64,000 bases of DNA, taken from NCBI GenBank assembly GCA_038119895.1, contig JAYOKR010000001.1:72853-136852 (forward strand). The letters run 5' to 3'. A program made the position numbers and the translations under genes. The DNA is from Flavobacteriaceae bacterium. GTDB taxonomy: Bacteria > Bacteroidota > Bacteroidia > Flavobacteriales > Flavobacteriaceae. Below the pieces are notes generated by a model. It made no database searches. It saw nothing but the letters and a program-made list of their open reading frames with translations, and had not been told where the DNA came from. Positions 8,359 through 18,127 of the stretch are shown here, piece after piece; the first letter of the stretch is position 1; each line of letters opens with the position of its first letter.

Positions 8359-9278
8359 TGAAAGGCCACGTTTATAAATCTACAGGTAGTTGGTATACTG
8401 TTAAAGTTGATACCGGTAAATTTATTGAATGTAGGCTTTCAGGCAGGTTAAGAGTTGATGGAATTAAATCAACTAACCCTGTGTGTGTTGGAGATTATGT
8501 CTTAATCGAAAAAAGAGTTGATTCTTATGTCATTAAAAAGTTATTGAAAAGAAAAAATTTTATAATTAGAAAATCAGTAAAACTCTCTAAACAATATCAC
8601 ATAATTGCATCAAATATTGATATTTGTTTTCTTTTAGTTACTCCTAAAAATCCAGTAACATCAACAATGTTTATTGATAGATTTTTAGCATCAACACTTT
8701 CATATGAAATTGAAACCGTTATAGTTTTTAATAAGATTGATCAATATGATATAGAATCTATTAATAAAAAAAATGAAATTGATCATATTTATTTAAAAGC
8801 TGGATATAAAACAATTTCAATTTCAGCTCTAAAAAAAAGTAATCTTTCAGATTTATTAAATCTTATGCAAAACAAAATTTGTGTTTTTTCAGGTCATAGT
8901 GGAGTAGGTAAATCAACACTTTTAAATTCTCTTGATGATAATTTATCAATTAAAACATTACCAATTTCTGAGTCAATGAAATCAGGACAGCATACTACAA
9001 CTTTTTCTGAAATGTATGATCTCAAAAAAAATATTAAGATTATTGATACGCCTGGTATTAAGGGATTTGGATTATATGATATTAATAATAATGAACTAAG
9101 TGATTATTTTTTAGAGTTTAGAAATAGTCCTAGTTGTAAATTTCATAACTGCATTCATAAAAAAGAGCCTGGATGTGTAATTAAAAAAGAAATAGAAAAC
9201 GGAAATATTTCTAAAAGTAGATATTCAAATTATCTATTACTTTTAGAGGAAATTAGTAATGAAACAAGTTTCAGATGA
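8358..9278 (+). CDS. rsgA: Ribosome small-subunit-dependent GTPase A
   Basis: Circularly permuted GTPase: NKID comes before the P-loop GHSGVGKSTLLN. Zinc finger CKFHNCIHKKEPGC is intact. TAATG overlap with the upstream gene. Confidence 0.9.
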   Translation: MKGHVYKSTGSWYTVKVDTGKFIECRLSGRLRVDGIKSTNPVCVGDYVLIEKRVDSYVIKKLLKRKNFIIRKSVKLSKQYHIIASNIDICFLLVTPKNPVTSTMFIDRFLASTLSYEIETVIVFNKIDQYDIESINKKNEIDHIYLKAGYKTISISALKKSNLSDLLNLMQNKICVFSGHSGVGKSTLLNSLDDNLSIKTLPISESMKSGQHTTTFSEMYDLKKNIKIIDTPGIKGFGLYDINNNELSDYFLEFRNSPSCKFHNCIHKKEPGCVIKKEIENGNISKSRYSNYLLLLEEISNETSFR

Positions 9279-9727
9279 AGGCTGTTATTCAGAGAGTTAA
9301 TCATTCTAAATTAAAAGTTAATAAATCATTATTTAGTGAAATTGGATTGGGTCTAATGATTCTTTTGGGTGTTACTCATGATGATGAGTTTGAAGATTTG
9401 GTATGGTTGGCCAAAAAAATAGCTCATTTGAGAATTTTTGATGATGAAAATGGTGTCATGAATAAATCAGTAATAGATATAAACGGAGAAATACAAGTCG
9501 TTAGCCAATTCACCCTATTTGCTTTAACAAAAAAGGGAAATAGGCCATCCTACATCAATGCTGCTAAAGGTGATTTTGCTGAGAAAATGTATGAAAGCTT
9601 TATTAAAGAACTTCAGAAATATCTAGAAAAAATTATTAAAACAGGTAAATTTGGCTCTAACATGAGCATTGAGTTTGAAAATATGGGACCTGTTACAATT
9701 ATAATTGATTCAAAAAATAAGATTTAA
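9275..9727 (+). CDS. dtd: D-aminoacyl-tRNA deacylase
   Basis: MKAVIQRV start, SQFTL motif, GPVT near the C-terminus, 150 aa. Confidence 0.9.
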   Translation: MKAVIQRVNHSKLKVNKSLFSEIGLGLMILLGVTHDDEFEDLVWLAKKIAHLRIFDDENGVMNKSVIDINGEIQVVSQFTLFALTKKGNRPSYINAAKGDFAEKMYESFIKELQKYLEKIIKTGKFGSNMSIEFENMGPVTIIIDSKNKI

Positions 9728-9728
9728 T

Positions 9729-10055
9729 ATGGAATTAAAAGAAATGCAAAATATAGTTGATCAGTGGATTAAAAAGTATGGTGTTAGATACTTTAATGAA
9801 TTAACAAATATGGCCCAATTGACTGAAGAGGTTGGTGAAGTTGCAAGGATAATTTCAAGAGTTTACGGAGAGCAGTCTGTAAAAAAAGATCAAGAATTAA
9901 ACGATTTAGGTGAAGAGCTTGCAGATGTTTTGTTTGTTTTAATTTGTTTAGCAAATCAGACAGGTGTGGATTTGGAGAAAGAATTTAAAAAAAAATTAGA
10001 TAAAAAAACTGTAAGAGATGAAAAACGCCATTTATCTAACAGTAAGCTGAAATGA
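9729..10055 (+). CDS. MazG-like nucleotide pyrophosphohydrolase
   Basis: LTEEVGEVAR and EELADVLFVL (EExxE/D helices). The ATG at 9729 (2 nt after the dtd stop) is preferred over the upstream ATT at 9705. Confidence 0.7.
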   Translation: MELKEMQNIVDQWIKKYGVRYFNELTNMAQLTEEVGEVARIISRVYGEQSVKKDQELNDLGEELADVLFVLICLANQTGVDLEKEFKKKLDKKTVRDEKRHLSNSKLK

Positions 10056-11281
10056 GTAAGGTTTTTATTTGTCCTTCGGATATTAAATCCAAATCCGAAA
10101 TTTCAATTACAGGATCGAAGAGTGAATCAAATAGGTTATTAGTTTTAAATGCATTATATAGCAATATAGAACTATTAAACCTGTCAAACTCAGATGATAC
10201 AAAAGTTTTAATCAAAGCCTTATCAAACTTAAATGATGAAATTGACATTCATCATGCTGGCACAGCAATGAGATTTTTAACTGCATTTTTAGCTCAAATT
10301 AAGGACAGGGAATTTGTAATCACAGGTTCAGCTAGAATGCAAGAAAGACCAATTGGAATTTTAGTTGACTCATTAAATGAATTGGGATTCGATGTAACAT
10401 ATTTAGATAAAAAGGGATTTCCCCCGCTAAAAATCTCAGGAAAAAAAAATATCAAATCTGAAATTAAACTTAATTCTAGTGTAAGTAGTCAATATATTTC
10501 TGCTTTGATGTTAGTAGCCCCATCATTTGAGAATGGCTTAAAAATTATTTTAGAGGGTCAGATAATATCAAAGCCTTACATCAATTTAACACTAAATATT
10601 TTAAAAAAAATTGGTGTCAATTGTAGTTTTAAAAGTAATATTATTGAAATAAAAAATCATACCAAAACCCAAATATCCAAATATACAGTTGAATCTGATT
10701 GGAGCTCAGCATCATATTATTATTCAATTGTTTCATTATTGGATAAATCTACAATTGTATTGTCAAATTTTTTTGAAAATTCTTTTCAAGGGGATAGCAA
10801 GGTGTCTGAAATTTATGAGTCATTTGGTGTAAATACAACTTATAAAGAAAATGCTATTCATTTAACAAAAATGGAGAATTACTCTAAACCAGATTCTTTA
10901 GAGTTTGATTTATTAGAAAACCCGGATTTAGCTCAGACCATTTCTGTTACGGCTTTATGTATGGGTATTCCATTAGTTTTGACTGGATTAAAAACATTAA
11001 AAATTAAAGAGACAGATAGAATTATTGCTCTTCAAAATGAACTGTCAAAATTTGGCGCAAGTGTTATATGCAAACGTAATTCAATCTGTATGAGCCCCCC
11101 AAAGAAGCTAAAAGAAAATATCACTATTAAAACTTATAATGATCATAGAATGGCTCTATCATTTTCAGCTATTGGATTAATAACACCTATTTATATTGAG
11201 GATCATAATGTTGTTTCAAAATCCTATCCTGGTTATTGGTCAGATTTAAAATCTATTGGATTTAATATTGAATTTCAATAA
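10052..11281 (+). CDS. aroA: 3-phosphoshikimate 1-carboxyvinyltransferase (EPSP synthase)
   Basis: GSKSESNR, HHAGTAMRFL and NDHRMALSFS motifs, 409 aa. Confidence 0.9.
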   Translation: MSKVFICPSDIKSKSEISITGSKSESNRLLVLNALYSNIELLNLSNSDDTKVLIKALSNLNDEIDIHHAGTAMRFLTAFLAQIKDREFVITGSARMQERPIGILVDSLNELGFDVTYLDKKGFPPLKISGKKNIKSEIKLNSSVSSQYISALMLVAPSFENGLKIILEGQIISKPYINLTLNILKKIGVNCSFKSNIIEIKNHTKTQISKYTVESDWSSASYYYSIVSLLDKSTIVLSNFFENSFQGDSKVSEIYESFGVNTTYKENAIHLTKMENYSKPDSLEFDLLENPDLAQTISVTALCMGIPLVLTGLKTLKIKETDRIIALQNELSKFGASVICKRNSICMSPPKKLKENITIKTYNDHRMALSFSAIGLITPIYIEDHNVVSKSYPGYWSDLKSIGFNIEFQ

Positions 11282-11321
11282 ATAATTTAGCTTTTACTTG
11301 ACATCCCGTATGTTCTGAATG

Positions 11322-11329
11322 TATATTTG
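11322..11329 (+). promoter_or_regulatory. Candidate -7 promoter box TATATTTG for queA
   Basis: Exact TAnnTTTG match 18 nt upstream of the queA ATG, in a 66-nt spacer. Confidence 0.45.
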
Positions 11330-11347
11330 CGTTCTTAAATTTTATAT

Positions 11348-12397
11348 ATGAAACTATCAAATTTTAATTACAATCTTCCTAAAGAGTTACTTGCAGAATA
11401 TCCTTCAGATGAAAGGGATGGGTCAAGGTTAATGGTTTTGCACAGAGATTCCGGTAAAATTGAACATAAAACTTTCAAGGATGTAATTAATTATTTTGAA
11501 GACGGTGACAGTTTTGTACTTAACAATACTAAGGTATTTCCTGCTAGATTAATGGGTAATAAAGAGAAAACTGGTGCACGAATTGAGGTTTTTCTCCTTA
11601 GAGAATTAAATAGAGAACAAAGGCTTTGGGATGTTTTGGTGGATCCAGCGCGTAAAATTAGAATTGGTAATAAACTTTATTTTGGAGATGATGATAGTTT
11701 AGTTGCTGAAGTTATAGATAATACAACTTCAAGAGGAAGAACTCTAAGGTTTTTGTATGATGGGACATATGAAGAATTTAGAGAAAAGCTATTGGATTTA
11801 GGACAAACTCCATTACCAAAATACATAAAGAGAGATGAAGAAGATTTTGATAAAGATAGATATCAAACTATCTATGCTAAAAATGTAGGCGCTGTTGCTG
11901 CTCCAACTGCTGGTCTTCATTTTTCTAAACATTTACTTAAAAGATTACAAATTAAGGGTGTAAATCTTGCTGAACTAACCTTGCATGTAGGACTTGGAAC
12001 ATTTAACCCTGTTGAGGTTGAAGATTTATCTAAACATAAGATGGACTCTGAAGAGTTAGCAATTAATGATCATGTTGTAAACATTGTAAATTCAACCAAA
12101 GAAAACAAAAGAAAAATTTGTGCAGTTGGCACTACAGTTATGAGAGGACTAGAATCGTCCGTTTCCTCAACAGGAACATTGAATCCATATATAGGTTGGA
12201 CTCATAAATTTATTTTTCCACCATACAATTTTAGTATAGCAAATGCATTAATTACTAATTTTCATATGCCAAAATCTACATTACTCATGATGGTTTCCGC
12301 ATTCGCAGGATATGATTTTTTGATGGAAGCTTACAATGAAGCCGTCAAAGAAAAATATAGATTTTATTCTTATGGAGATGCCATGTTAATTCTCTAA
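11348..12397 (+). CDS. queA: S-adenosylmethionine:tRNA ribosyltransferase-isomerase
   Basis: [28 protein letters not shown] and VGTTVMR motifs. Confidence 0.95.
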   Translation: MKLSNFNYNLPKELLAEYPSDERDGSRLMVLHRDSGKIEHKTFKDVINYFEDGDSFVLNNTKVFPARLMGNKEKTGARIEVFLLRELNREQRLWDVLVDPARKIRIGNKLYFGDDDSLVAEVIDNTTSRGRTLRFLYDGTYEEFREKLLDLGQTPLPKYIKRDEEDFDKDRYQTIYAKNVGAVAAPTAGLHFSKHLLKRLQIKGVNLAELTLHVGLGTFNPVEVEDLSKHKMDSEELAINDHVVNIVNSTKENKRKICAVGTTVMRGLESSVSSTGTLNPYIGWTHKFIFPPYNFSIANALITNFHMPKSTLLMMVSAFAGYDFLMEAYNEAVKEKYRFYSYGDAMLIL

Positions 12398-12398
12398 T

Positions 12399-13439
12399 AT
12401 GTCATCAAAAAAAATCGATATTAGATCATTTAAAAAAAATGAATTAATAAAGTTTTTAAGTGATTTTAATTATGAACCTTACAGGGCTCAACAGATTTTA
12501 AGTAGAGTAAATAGTCAACAAATTGATTCCTTCAATAAAATAACTAATATTCCAAAAGATTTAATCCAACTCTTGGAAGAGAATTTTTTTTTAAGCAACA
12601 CTATTATCTATCAATTTCAAAAAAGCTCAGACCTAACCATTAAGTTTAGTATTAAGCTCCATGACAATTTAATTATAGAAGCCGTTCTTATACCAACTGA
12701 AAAAAGAATTACTGCATGTGTGTCTAGTCAAGTAGGTTGTAGTTTAGATTGTAATTTTTGTGCTACATCAAGGTTAAAAAGGATTAGAAATTTAGAGTTT
12801 TATGAAATATACGATCAAATCATGCTATTGAATAATGAATCTCTAAAAAGCTTTTCTAAACCAATCTCAAATATTGTATTTATGGGTATGGGAGAGCCAT
12901 TACTTAACTATAATAACGTTATTGATTCGATAGATTTAATTACTGGAAATCAAGGATTAGGTATTTCAAAAAAGAAAATTACTTTATCAACTTCAGGGAT
13001 TTATAAAATGATTAAAAAAATGGCAGATGATAATGTAAAATTTAATTTAGCTATTTCATTGCATTCTGCAATTGAAGAAACTAGAAATCAGATTATGCCA
13101 TTCTCAAAATCATTTCCTCTGGAAAAACTTATTGAAAGTCTAGAATATTGGTATTTGAAAACTAAAATCAAAATAACATTTGAATACCTAGTTTGGAAAG
13201 ATATAAATGATGATTTTGAGCATATTAATGCTTTAGTTAAAATTTGTAAAAGAATACCTTCAAAGGTAAATCTAATTGAATATAACAGTATTAACGATCA
13301 AAGATTTATTTCAGCTGATCAAATATGGATAGATAATTATGTTAATTCATTAAATGAAAACAATGTTCAAGTTTCAGTTAGAAGATCTAGGGGGAAAGAC
13401 ATTGATGCTGCATGTGGTCAATTAGCAAATAAACACTAA
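12399..13439 (+). CDS. rlmN: 23S rRNA/tRNA (adenine-C2)-methyltransferase, radical SAM
   Basis: CSLDCNFC radical-SAM cluster, GMGEPL, C-terminal AACGQL. Confidence 0.9.
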   Translation: MSSKKIDIRSFKKNELIKFLSDFNYEPYRAQQILSRVNSQQIDSFNKITNIPKDLIQLLEENFFLSNTIIYQFQKSSDLTIKFSIKLHDNLIIEAVLIPTEKRITACVSSQVGCSLDCNFCATSRLKRIRNLEFYEIYDQIMLLNNESLKSFSKPISNIVFMGMGEPLLNYNNVIDSIDLITGNQGLGISKKKITLSTSGIYKMIKKMADDNVKFNLAISLHSAIEETRNQIMPFSKSFPLEKLIESLEYWYLKTKIKITFEYLVWKDINDDFEHINALVKICKRIPSKVNLIEYNSINDQRFISADQIWIDNYVNSLNENNVQVSVRRSRGKDIDAACGQLANKH

Positions 13440-13440
13440 A

Positions 13441-14427
13441 TTGAGTAGAGTGAATAGAGTTTTTAAGCTTAGAGAACCAATAATAAAAGAGATGGAAATA
13501 TTTGAAGAAAAATTTTCATCGTTAATGCTGACTAGGGTTCCCCTACTAAATCGAATAACTCATTATATAATAAAAAGAAAAGGCAAGCAAATGCGCCCAA
13601 TGCTTATTTTTCTGTGTTCAAAACTGATTTCTGACAATGAAGTAAATGAAAAAGTTTACAGGGGAGCATCTGTTATTGAATTAATTCATACTGCTACTTT
13701 AATTCATGATGATGTTATTGATGATAGTAAAAGAAGAAGAGGTTTTTTTTCAATTAATGCGATGTGGAAAAATAAAATTGCCGTTTTAGTTGGCGATTTC
13801 CTTCTTTCTAAAGGTATGTTGTTATGTATTGATAATAAAGATTTTGATCATCTTGAAATTATTTCTGAATCTGTAAAAAATATGAGTGAAGGAGAATTAT
13901 TACAAATTGAAAAAGCAAAGAATCTTGATATAGATGAAAAAATTTATATTGATATTATTTCAAAAAAAACAGCGTCATTGATAAGTTCATGTTGTAAAAT
14001 TGCAGGAGCTGGAACAGGTAAATCTAAAAAAGAAATTGATTTACTTGGAGAATTGGGTTTGAATATTGGAATCGCTTTTCAAATAAAAGATGATTTATTT
14101 GATTATGGCAAACAAAAGATTGGAAAACCAAGAGGTATTGATATCAAAGAAAAAAAAATGACACTCCCTCTTATAAAATCTTTAGAAAACGCTTCTGCTA
14201 AAGATAAAAAATGGATAATTAATTCTATTAAAAAATTTAGTAATGAAAAAAAAGTAGTTCGTCAAATAATTGATTACGTTAAAAATAACGGAGGACTTGA
14301 TTACGCAATTTCAATTATGAACGAATACCATAATAGGTCATTAAGAGTTTTAGATAAATTTCCTGATAATCAATTTAAAGTTGCATTAAAAAACATGCTT
14401 GATTATGTTATTGAAAGAGATTATTAA
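13441..14427 (+). CDS. Polyprenyl diphosphate synthase (IspB-like)
   Basis: Two DDxxD motifs (LIHDDVIDD and IKDDLFD). TTG start. Confidence 0.85.
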   Translation: MSRVNRVFKLREPIIKEMEIFEEKFSSLMLTRVPLLNRITHYIIKRKGKQMRPMLIFLCSKLISDNEVNEKVYRGASVIELIHTATLIHDDVIDDSKRRRGFFSINAMWKNKIAVLVGDFLLSKGMLLCIDNKDFDHLEIISESVKNMSEGELLQIEKAKNLDIDEKIYIDIISKKTASLISSCCKIAGAGTGKSKKEIDLLGELGLNIGIAFQIKDDLFDYGKQKIGKPRGIDIKEKKMTLPLIKSLENASAKDKKWIINSIKKFSNEKKVVRQIIDYVKNNGGLDYAISIMNEYHNRSLRVLDKFPDNQFKVALKNMLDYVIERDY

Positions 14428-14436
14428 ATTTATATT

Positions 14437-16362
14437 GTGATTTCTAAAGAAACTATAGATAGGGTATTTGAAACAGCACTAGTTGAGGAAGTAATTTCTG
14501 ATTTTATTCAATTAAAAAAATCTGGATCAAATTTCAAAGGCTTAAGTCCATTTACGGATGAAAAAACACCAAGTTTTATGGTTTCTCCCGCCAAACAAAT
14601 ATGGAAAGATTTTAGCAGCGGTAAAGGAGGTAATGTTGTTGCTTTTTTAATGGAACATGATCAGTTATCATATCCAGAGGCTATTAAATATTTAGCAAAA
14701 AAATATAATATAGAAATTATAGAATCGCAGCTTACTGATAATCAAAAGGAAAAAATTGATGAAAAAGAAAAACTTTTTATTATAGCTAATAAAGCAAAAG
14801 ATTTTTTTAAAACTCAATTAAATTCAACTGATTTTGGAAAAAATGTTGCAAAAAGTTATTTAACAGAAAGAGGATTTGGTGATCAAATTATTGATGAGTT
14901 TGAAATTGGATGTTTAACAGATCACAGTTATACTTTAAAGTCTTTTCTGGTTGAAAACGGTTACGAAATTGAAGATTTAGTTAAAATTGGTCTTTTATCA
15001 AGTAAGACAAAGGATGATATTTACAAAGCTAGGATAATTTTCCCAATAGAGACCATTTCAGGAAGAACAGCGGGGTTTGGTGCTAGAATACTTAATTCAA
15101 ATACTAAATCTGCAAAATATATAAACAGTCCAGAGTCTGAAATTTACAATAAAAGTAAAATTTTATTTGGTCTTTCTAAGTCAAAAAACGAAATAGTTAA
15201 AAAAGACAACTGTTTTGTTGTTGAAGGGTATACTGACGTTATGAGGTTTCATCAAAAAGGAGTTAAAAATGTTGTTTCATCTTCAGGTACAGCACTTTCT
15301 AAAGATCAAATTAATATTATAAGGAGATTATCAAAAAACATAACTATAATTTATGACTCCGATAAAGCTGGAATAAATGCAACTGAAAGAAATGTTGATA
15401 TTATTTTGGAGCAAGGAATGAATATAAATATAATTCTTCTTCCAGAAAATGAAGATCCTGATAGCTTTGCTAAAAACAAAAATGAATCTGAAATTTTAAA
15501 TTTTTTAAATCAAAATTCAGTTGACTTTATTGAATTTAAGGCAAATATTCTTAACACAACTATAAAAAATACTCCATCTGAAAAGGCTAAAGTTATTAAT
15601 GATTTGATAATAAGTATTTCAAAAATTCCTGATAGAATTAAGCAGGAAATTTATATTAAACACTGTTCTGAAATAATGAATATATCAGAACAAACATTGT
15701 TTAATGTATTATCACAAATTACTGGAATAAAGATTCAAAGTAAGAAATCTCAAAACCCTGTTTTAAATCTTTCATCTCAGCAAAATAAGGTTGATCAAGT
15801 TTACGAGTTAGAAAAGAAAATTATTGAAATTTTGATATTATATGGAGATAAAAAAGTTGTTTTTGACGAAATAAAAATATCAAAAAGTGATAAAGGTGAT
15901 GTGGTGTATAAAAATGTAAAAATTGAGTCTCCAGTATTTGAAAAAATATTTTTGGACTTACAATCTGACGAGATTGAATTTGCTAATACTGAATTTAAAG
16001 AATTGTATAGGTTAATTATTAAAAATTTTCAGTCAAGCAATTTTGATATCAGTTCAATTTTGAATTCTGTTGACGGTAAGTTATCTAACTTAATCACTAC
16101 TATTATGATGAAAGATGACATTCATCAATTGCATAAATGGAAATCTAAGAATGTTTATGTAAAGGATAAAATTAAGTCAATTTCTCAGCTTGTAACTGAA
16201 ACAATTCTAACACTTAGAACATTATTAATTAATAGAAAAGTAAATGAGTTGTCAAAAATCAATATTAATTCTGAAAATTTAGATCAAAATTTATTAGAGG
16301 AAATAGTAAATTATTATCAATTAAAAAATTTTTTAAGTAAAAAATTAAATAGAGTTATTTAG
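14437..16362 (+). CDS. dnaG: DNA primase
   Basis: N-terminal primase zinc-ribbon-homologous region (..SPFTDEKTPSF..GKGGN..) with all four zinc ligands substituted. TOPRIM segment VVEGYTDV...YDSDKAG. GTG start. Confidence 0.9.
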   Translation: MISKETIDRVFETALVEEVISDFIQLKKSGSNFKGLSPFTDEKTPSFMVSPAKQIWKDFSSGKGGNVVAFLMEHDQLSYPEAIKYLAKKYNIEIIESQLTDNQKEKIDEKEKLFIIANKAKDFFKTQLNSTDFGKNVAKSYLTERGFGDQIIDEFEIGCLTDHSYTLKSFLVENGYEIEDLVKIGLLSSKTKDDIYKARIIFPIETISGRTAGFGARILNSNTKSAKYINSPESEIYNKSKILFGLSKSKNEIVKKDNCFVVEGYTDVMRFHQKGVKNVVSSSGTALSKDQINIIRRLSKNITIIYDSDKAGINATERNVDIILEQGMNINIILLPENEDPDSFAKNKNESEILNFLNQNSVDFIEFKANILNTTIKNTPSEKAKVINDLIISISKIPDRIKQEIYIKHCSEIMNISEQTLFNVLSQITGIKIQSKKSQNPVLNLSSQQNKVDQVYELEKKIIEILILYGDKKVVFDEIKISKSDKGDVVYKNVKIESPVFEKIFLDLQSDEIEFANTEFKELYRLIIKNFQSSNFDISSILNSVDGKLSNLITTIMMKDDIHQLHKWKSKNVYVKDKIKSISQLVTETILTLRTLLINRKVNELSKININSENLDQNLLEEIVNYYQLKNFLSKKLNRVI

Positions 16363-17140
16363 TAAATTCCTTGGGTATTTTGCATATGGGAATTGGAATC
16401 ATCTTATGCTCATTTTTATTGTATAAATTGTCCAAGATTTGATAAACTTCAAGATTTCTTCCTTTTAATGTATCAATATTAATTTTTTTATTTTTTAATT
16501 CCATTGCCATTTCAAGCTCATCATAAGTGGCACCAATTTGATCTTCATCACTTCTTGTATCATCCCAAAGACCATCAGTTGGTTTAGCTAGTATAATTTC
16601 ATCAATTATATTAAGTTCTTTAGCTACGGCTCTTACTTGAGACTTCATTAGGTCAGCAATTGGAGATAAATCAACTCCACCATCACCGTATTTTGTATAA
16701 AATCCAACACCAAAATCTTCAACTTTATTTCCAGTCCCAACAACCAAATAATTATTTAAGGTGGCATAGTAATATAAAGTTGTCATTCTTAACCTTGATC
16801 TTGAATTTGCAAGGGATAATAGGTTGTCATTTTTATGATCTTTCGCTACTGACTTTGAAAAAGATTCAAAGGTTTTTGTTAGATCAATATATTCTTCTTC
16901 AAAATTGTTAAACTTATTAAGCCATTCAATATGCTTGCCTGATCTCAAAAGTTCATTTTTTGACTGATAAATTGGCATCTGAATACAAAGAGTAGGTAAG
17001 CCAGTCATGCATGCAAGAGTTGAAGTGACGGCAGAGTCAATGCCGCCAGATATTCCAACAACAAATCCATTTGTTTTTGAGCTTGTTGAATAAGATTTCA
17101 GCCAATTTACAATGTGATTAATTACCTTTGATGTGTTCAT
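16355..17140 (-). CDS. nadE: Ammonia-dependent NAD+ synthetase
   Basis: GISGGIDSAV PP-loop, 261 aa. The 3' end overlaps the dnaG 3' end by 8 nt. Confidence 0.9.
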   Translation of the reverse strand: MNTSKVINHIVNWLKSYSTSSKTNGFVVGISGGIDSAVTSTLACMTGLPTLCIQMPIYQSKNELLRSGKHIEWLNKFNNFEEEYIDLTKTFESFSKSVAKDHKNDNLLSLANSRSRLRMTTLYYYATLNNYLVVGTGNKVEDFGVGFYTKYGDGGVDLSPIADLMKSQVRAVAKELNIIDEIILAKPTDGLWDDTRSDEDQIGATYDELEMAMELKNKKINIDTLKGRNLEVYQILDNLYNKNEHKMIPIPICKIPKEFTK

Positions 17141-18125
17141 GAAAAAATTCTACTTAACAAAATTATATCAATTATTTTACCAAAGCATATTCCTCAATAA
17201 ATATTTTTCAAGATCTACTACTATTGTTTTTTTGTTTTTTATAAGTTGTAATAATTATTATAAAAACAATTTTAAAATTGCAGAAATTGAAAGATTTGAA
17301 AAATCTTTTTTCGAAAATGATATAGATTCAATTGACAATCTTATTTCTGATTATCCTTTTTTATTCCCCTCTCAATTTTCCATTCAGGATTGGGTTAATA
17401 TAAGACAGGATGAATTAAGAAATGAAATTTTTTTAGAGACTATTGAAATCTACCAAGATCAGTATTTAGTACAAAATCTTTCAGAATTATATCACAATCT
17501 GAACAAATACTTTTCTGATTTTAGATATCCAAGATCTATTACCCTGAATAATGGTATCGATTATGATTACAGAATTATATACCGTGATGATATGTTGCTG
17601 ATTTCTTTAGATTGTTTCTTAGGTGAAAGCCGTTTCTATTCAGATATCCCATTATATCAAAAATCTAAAATGAATAAGAATTATTTGTTTAGAGATATTG
17701 CAGAAAAAATAGCATTAAGTTTAGCAAAATATCCTCATGAAAGACAGTTCATTAACAGAGCTATATATTATGGAAAAATAATGTATTTTATTGAAAATGC
17801 TTTAGGTTTTGAGACTTTAAAAGTTTTTAAATATGACAATGATCAAATTAATTGGTTAAATAAAAATGAAAAAGTTATTTGGACTAAATTAATTGAGAGT
17901 GAGATACTATTTTCAACCAGTAATTCATATTACGAAAATTTAATTTTAGAAAATCCTTATTCTAAATTTGGGACTCAACTAGATTATTTAATACCTCCGA
18001 TGGTTGGAAAATGGATTGGGTATAAAATTGTTGAATCCTATATAAAAACAAATAATAAAAACATAGTTGATATTTTAGAAATGGATGAGTATGAACTATA
18101 TTTAAATTCTAATTATAACCCTTAA
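17139..18125 (+). CDS. gldB: Gliding-motility lipoprotein GldB
   Basis: Lipobox ..FLFFISC, about 330 aa. It is followed directly by a gldC homologue and sits next to nadE, which fits my recollection of Flavobacterium johnsoniae gldB-gldC. The ATG at 17139 overlaps the nadE ATG within CATG. Confidence 0.7.
   Translation: MKKFYLTKLYQLFYQSIFLNKYFSRSTTIVFLFFISCNNYYKNNFKIAEIERFEKSFFENDIDSIDNLISDYPFLFPSQFSIQDWVNIRQDELRNEIFLETIEIYQDQYLVQNLSELYHNLNKYFSDFRYPRSITLNNGIDYDYRIIYRDDMLLISLDCFLGESRFYSDIPLYQKSKMNKNYLFRDIAEKIALSLAKYPHERQFINRAIYYGKIMYFIENALGFETLKVFKYDNDQINWLNKNEKVIWTKLIESEILFSTSNSYYENLILENPYSKFGTQLDYLIPPMVGKWIGYKIVESYIKTNNKNIVDILEMDEYELYLNSNYNP
17158..17165 (-). promoter_or_regulatory. Candidate -7 box (TAATTTTG on the minus strand) for nadE, inside the gldB reading frame
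   Basis: Plus-strand CAAAATTA lies 17 nt upstream of the nadE ATG at 17140. This matches the spacing seen at other operon starts in this window. Confidence 0.4.
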
Positions 18126-18127
18126 CT

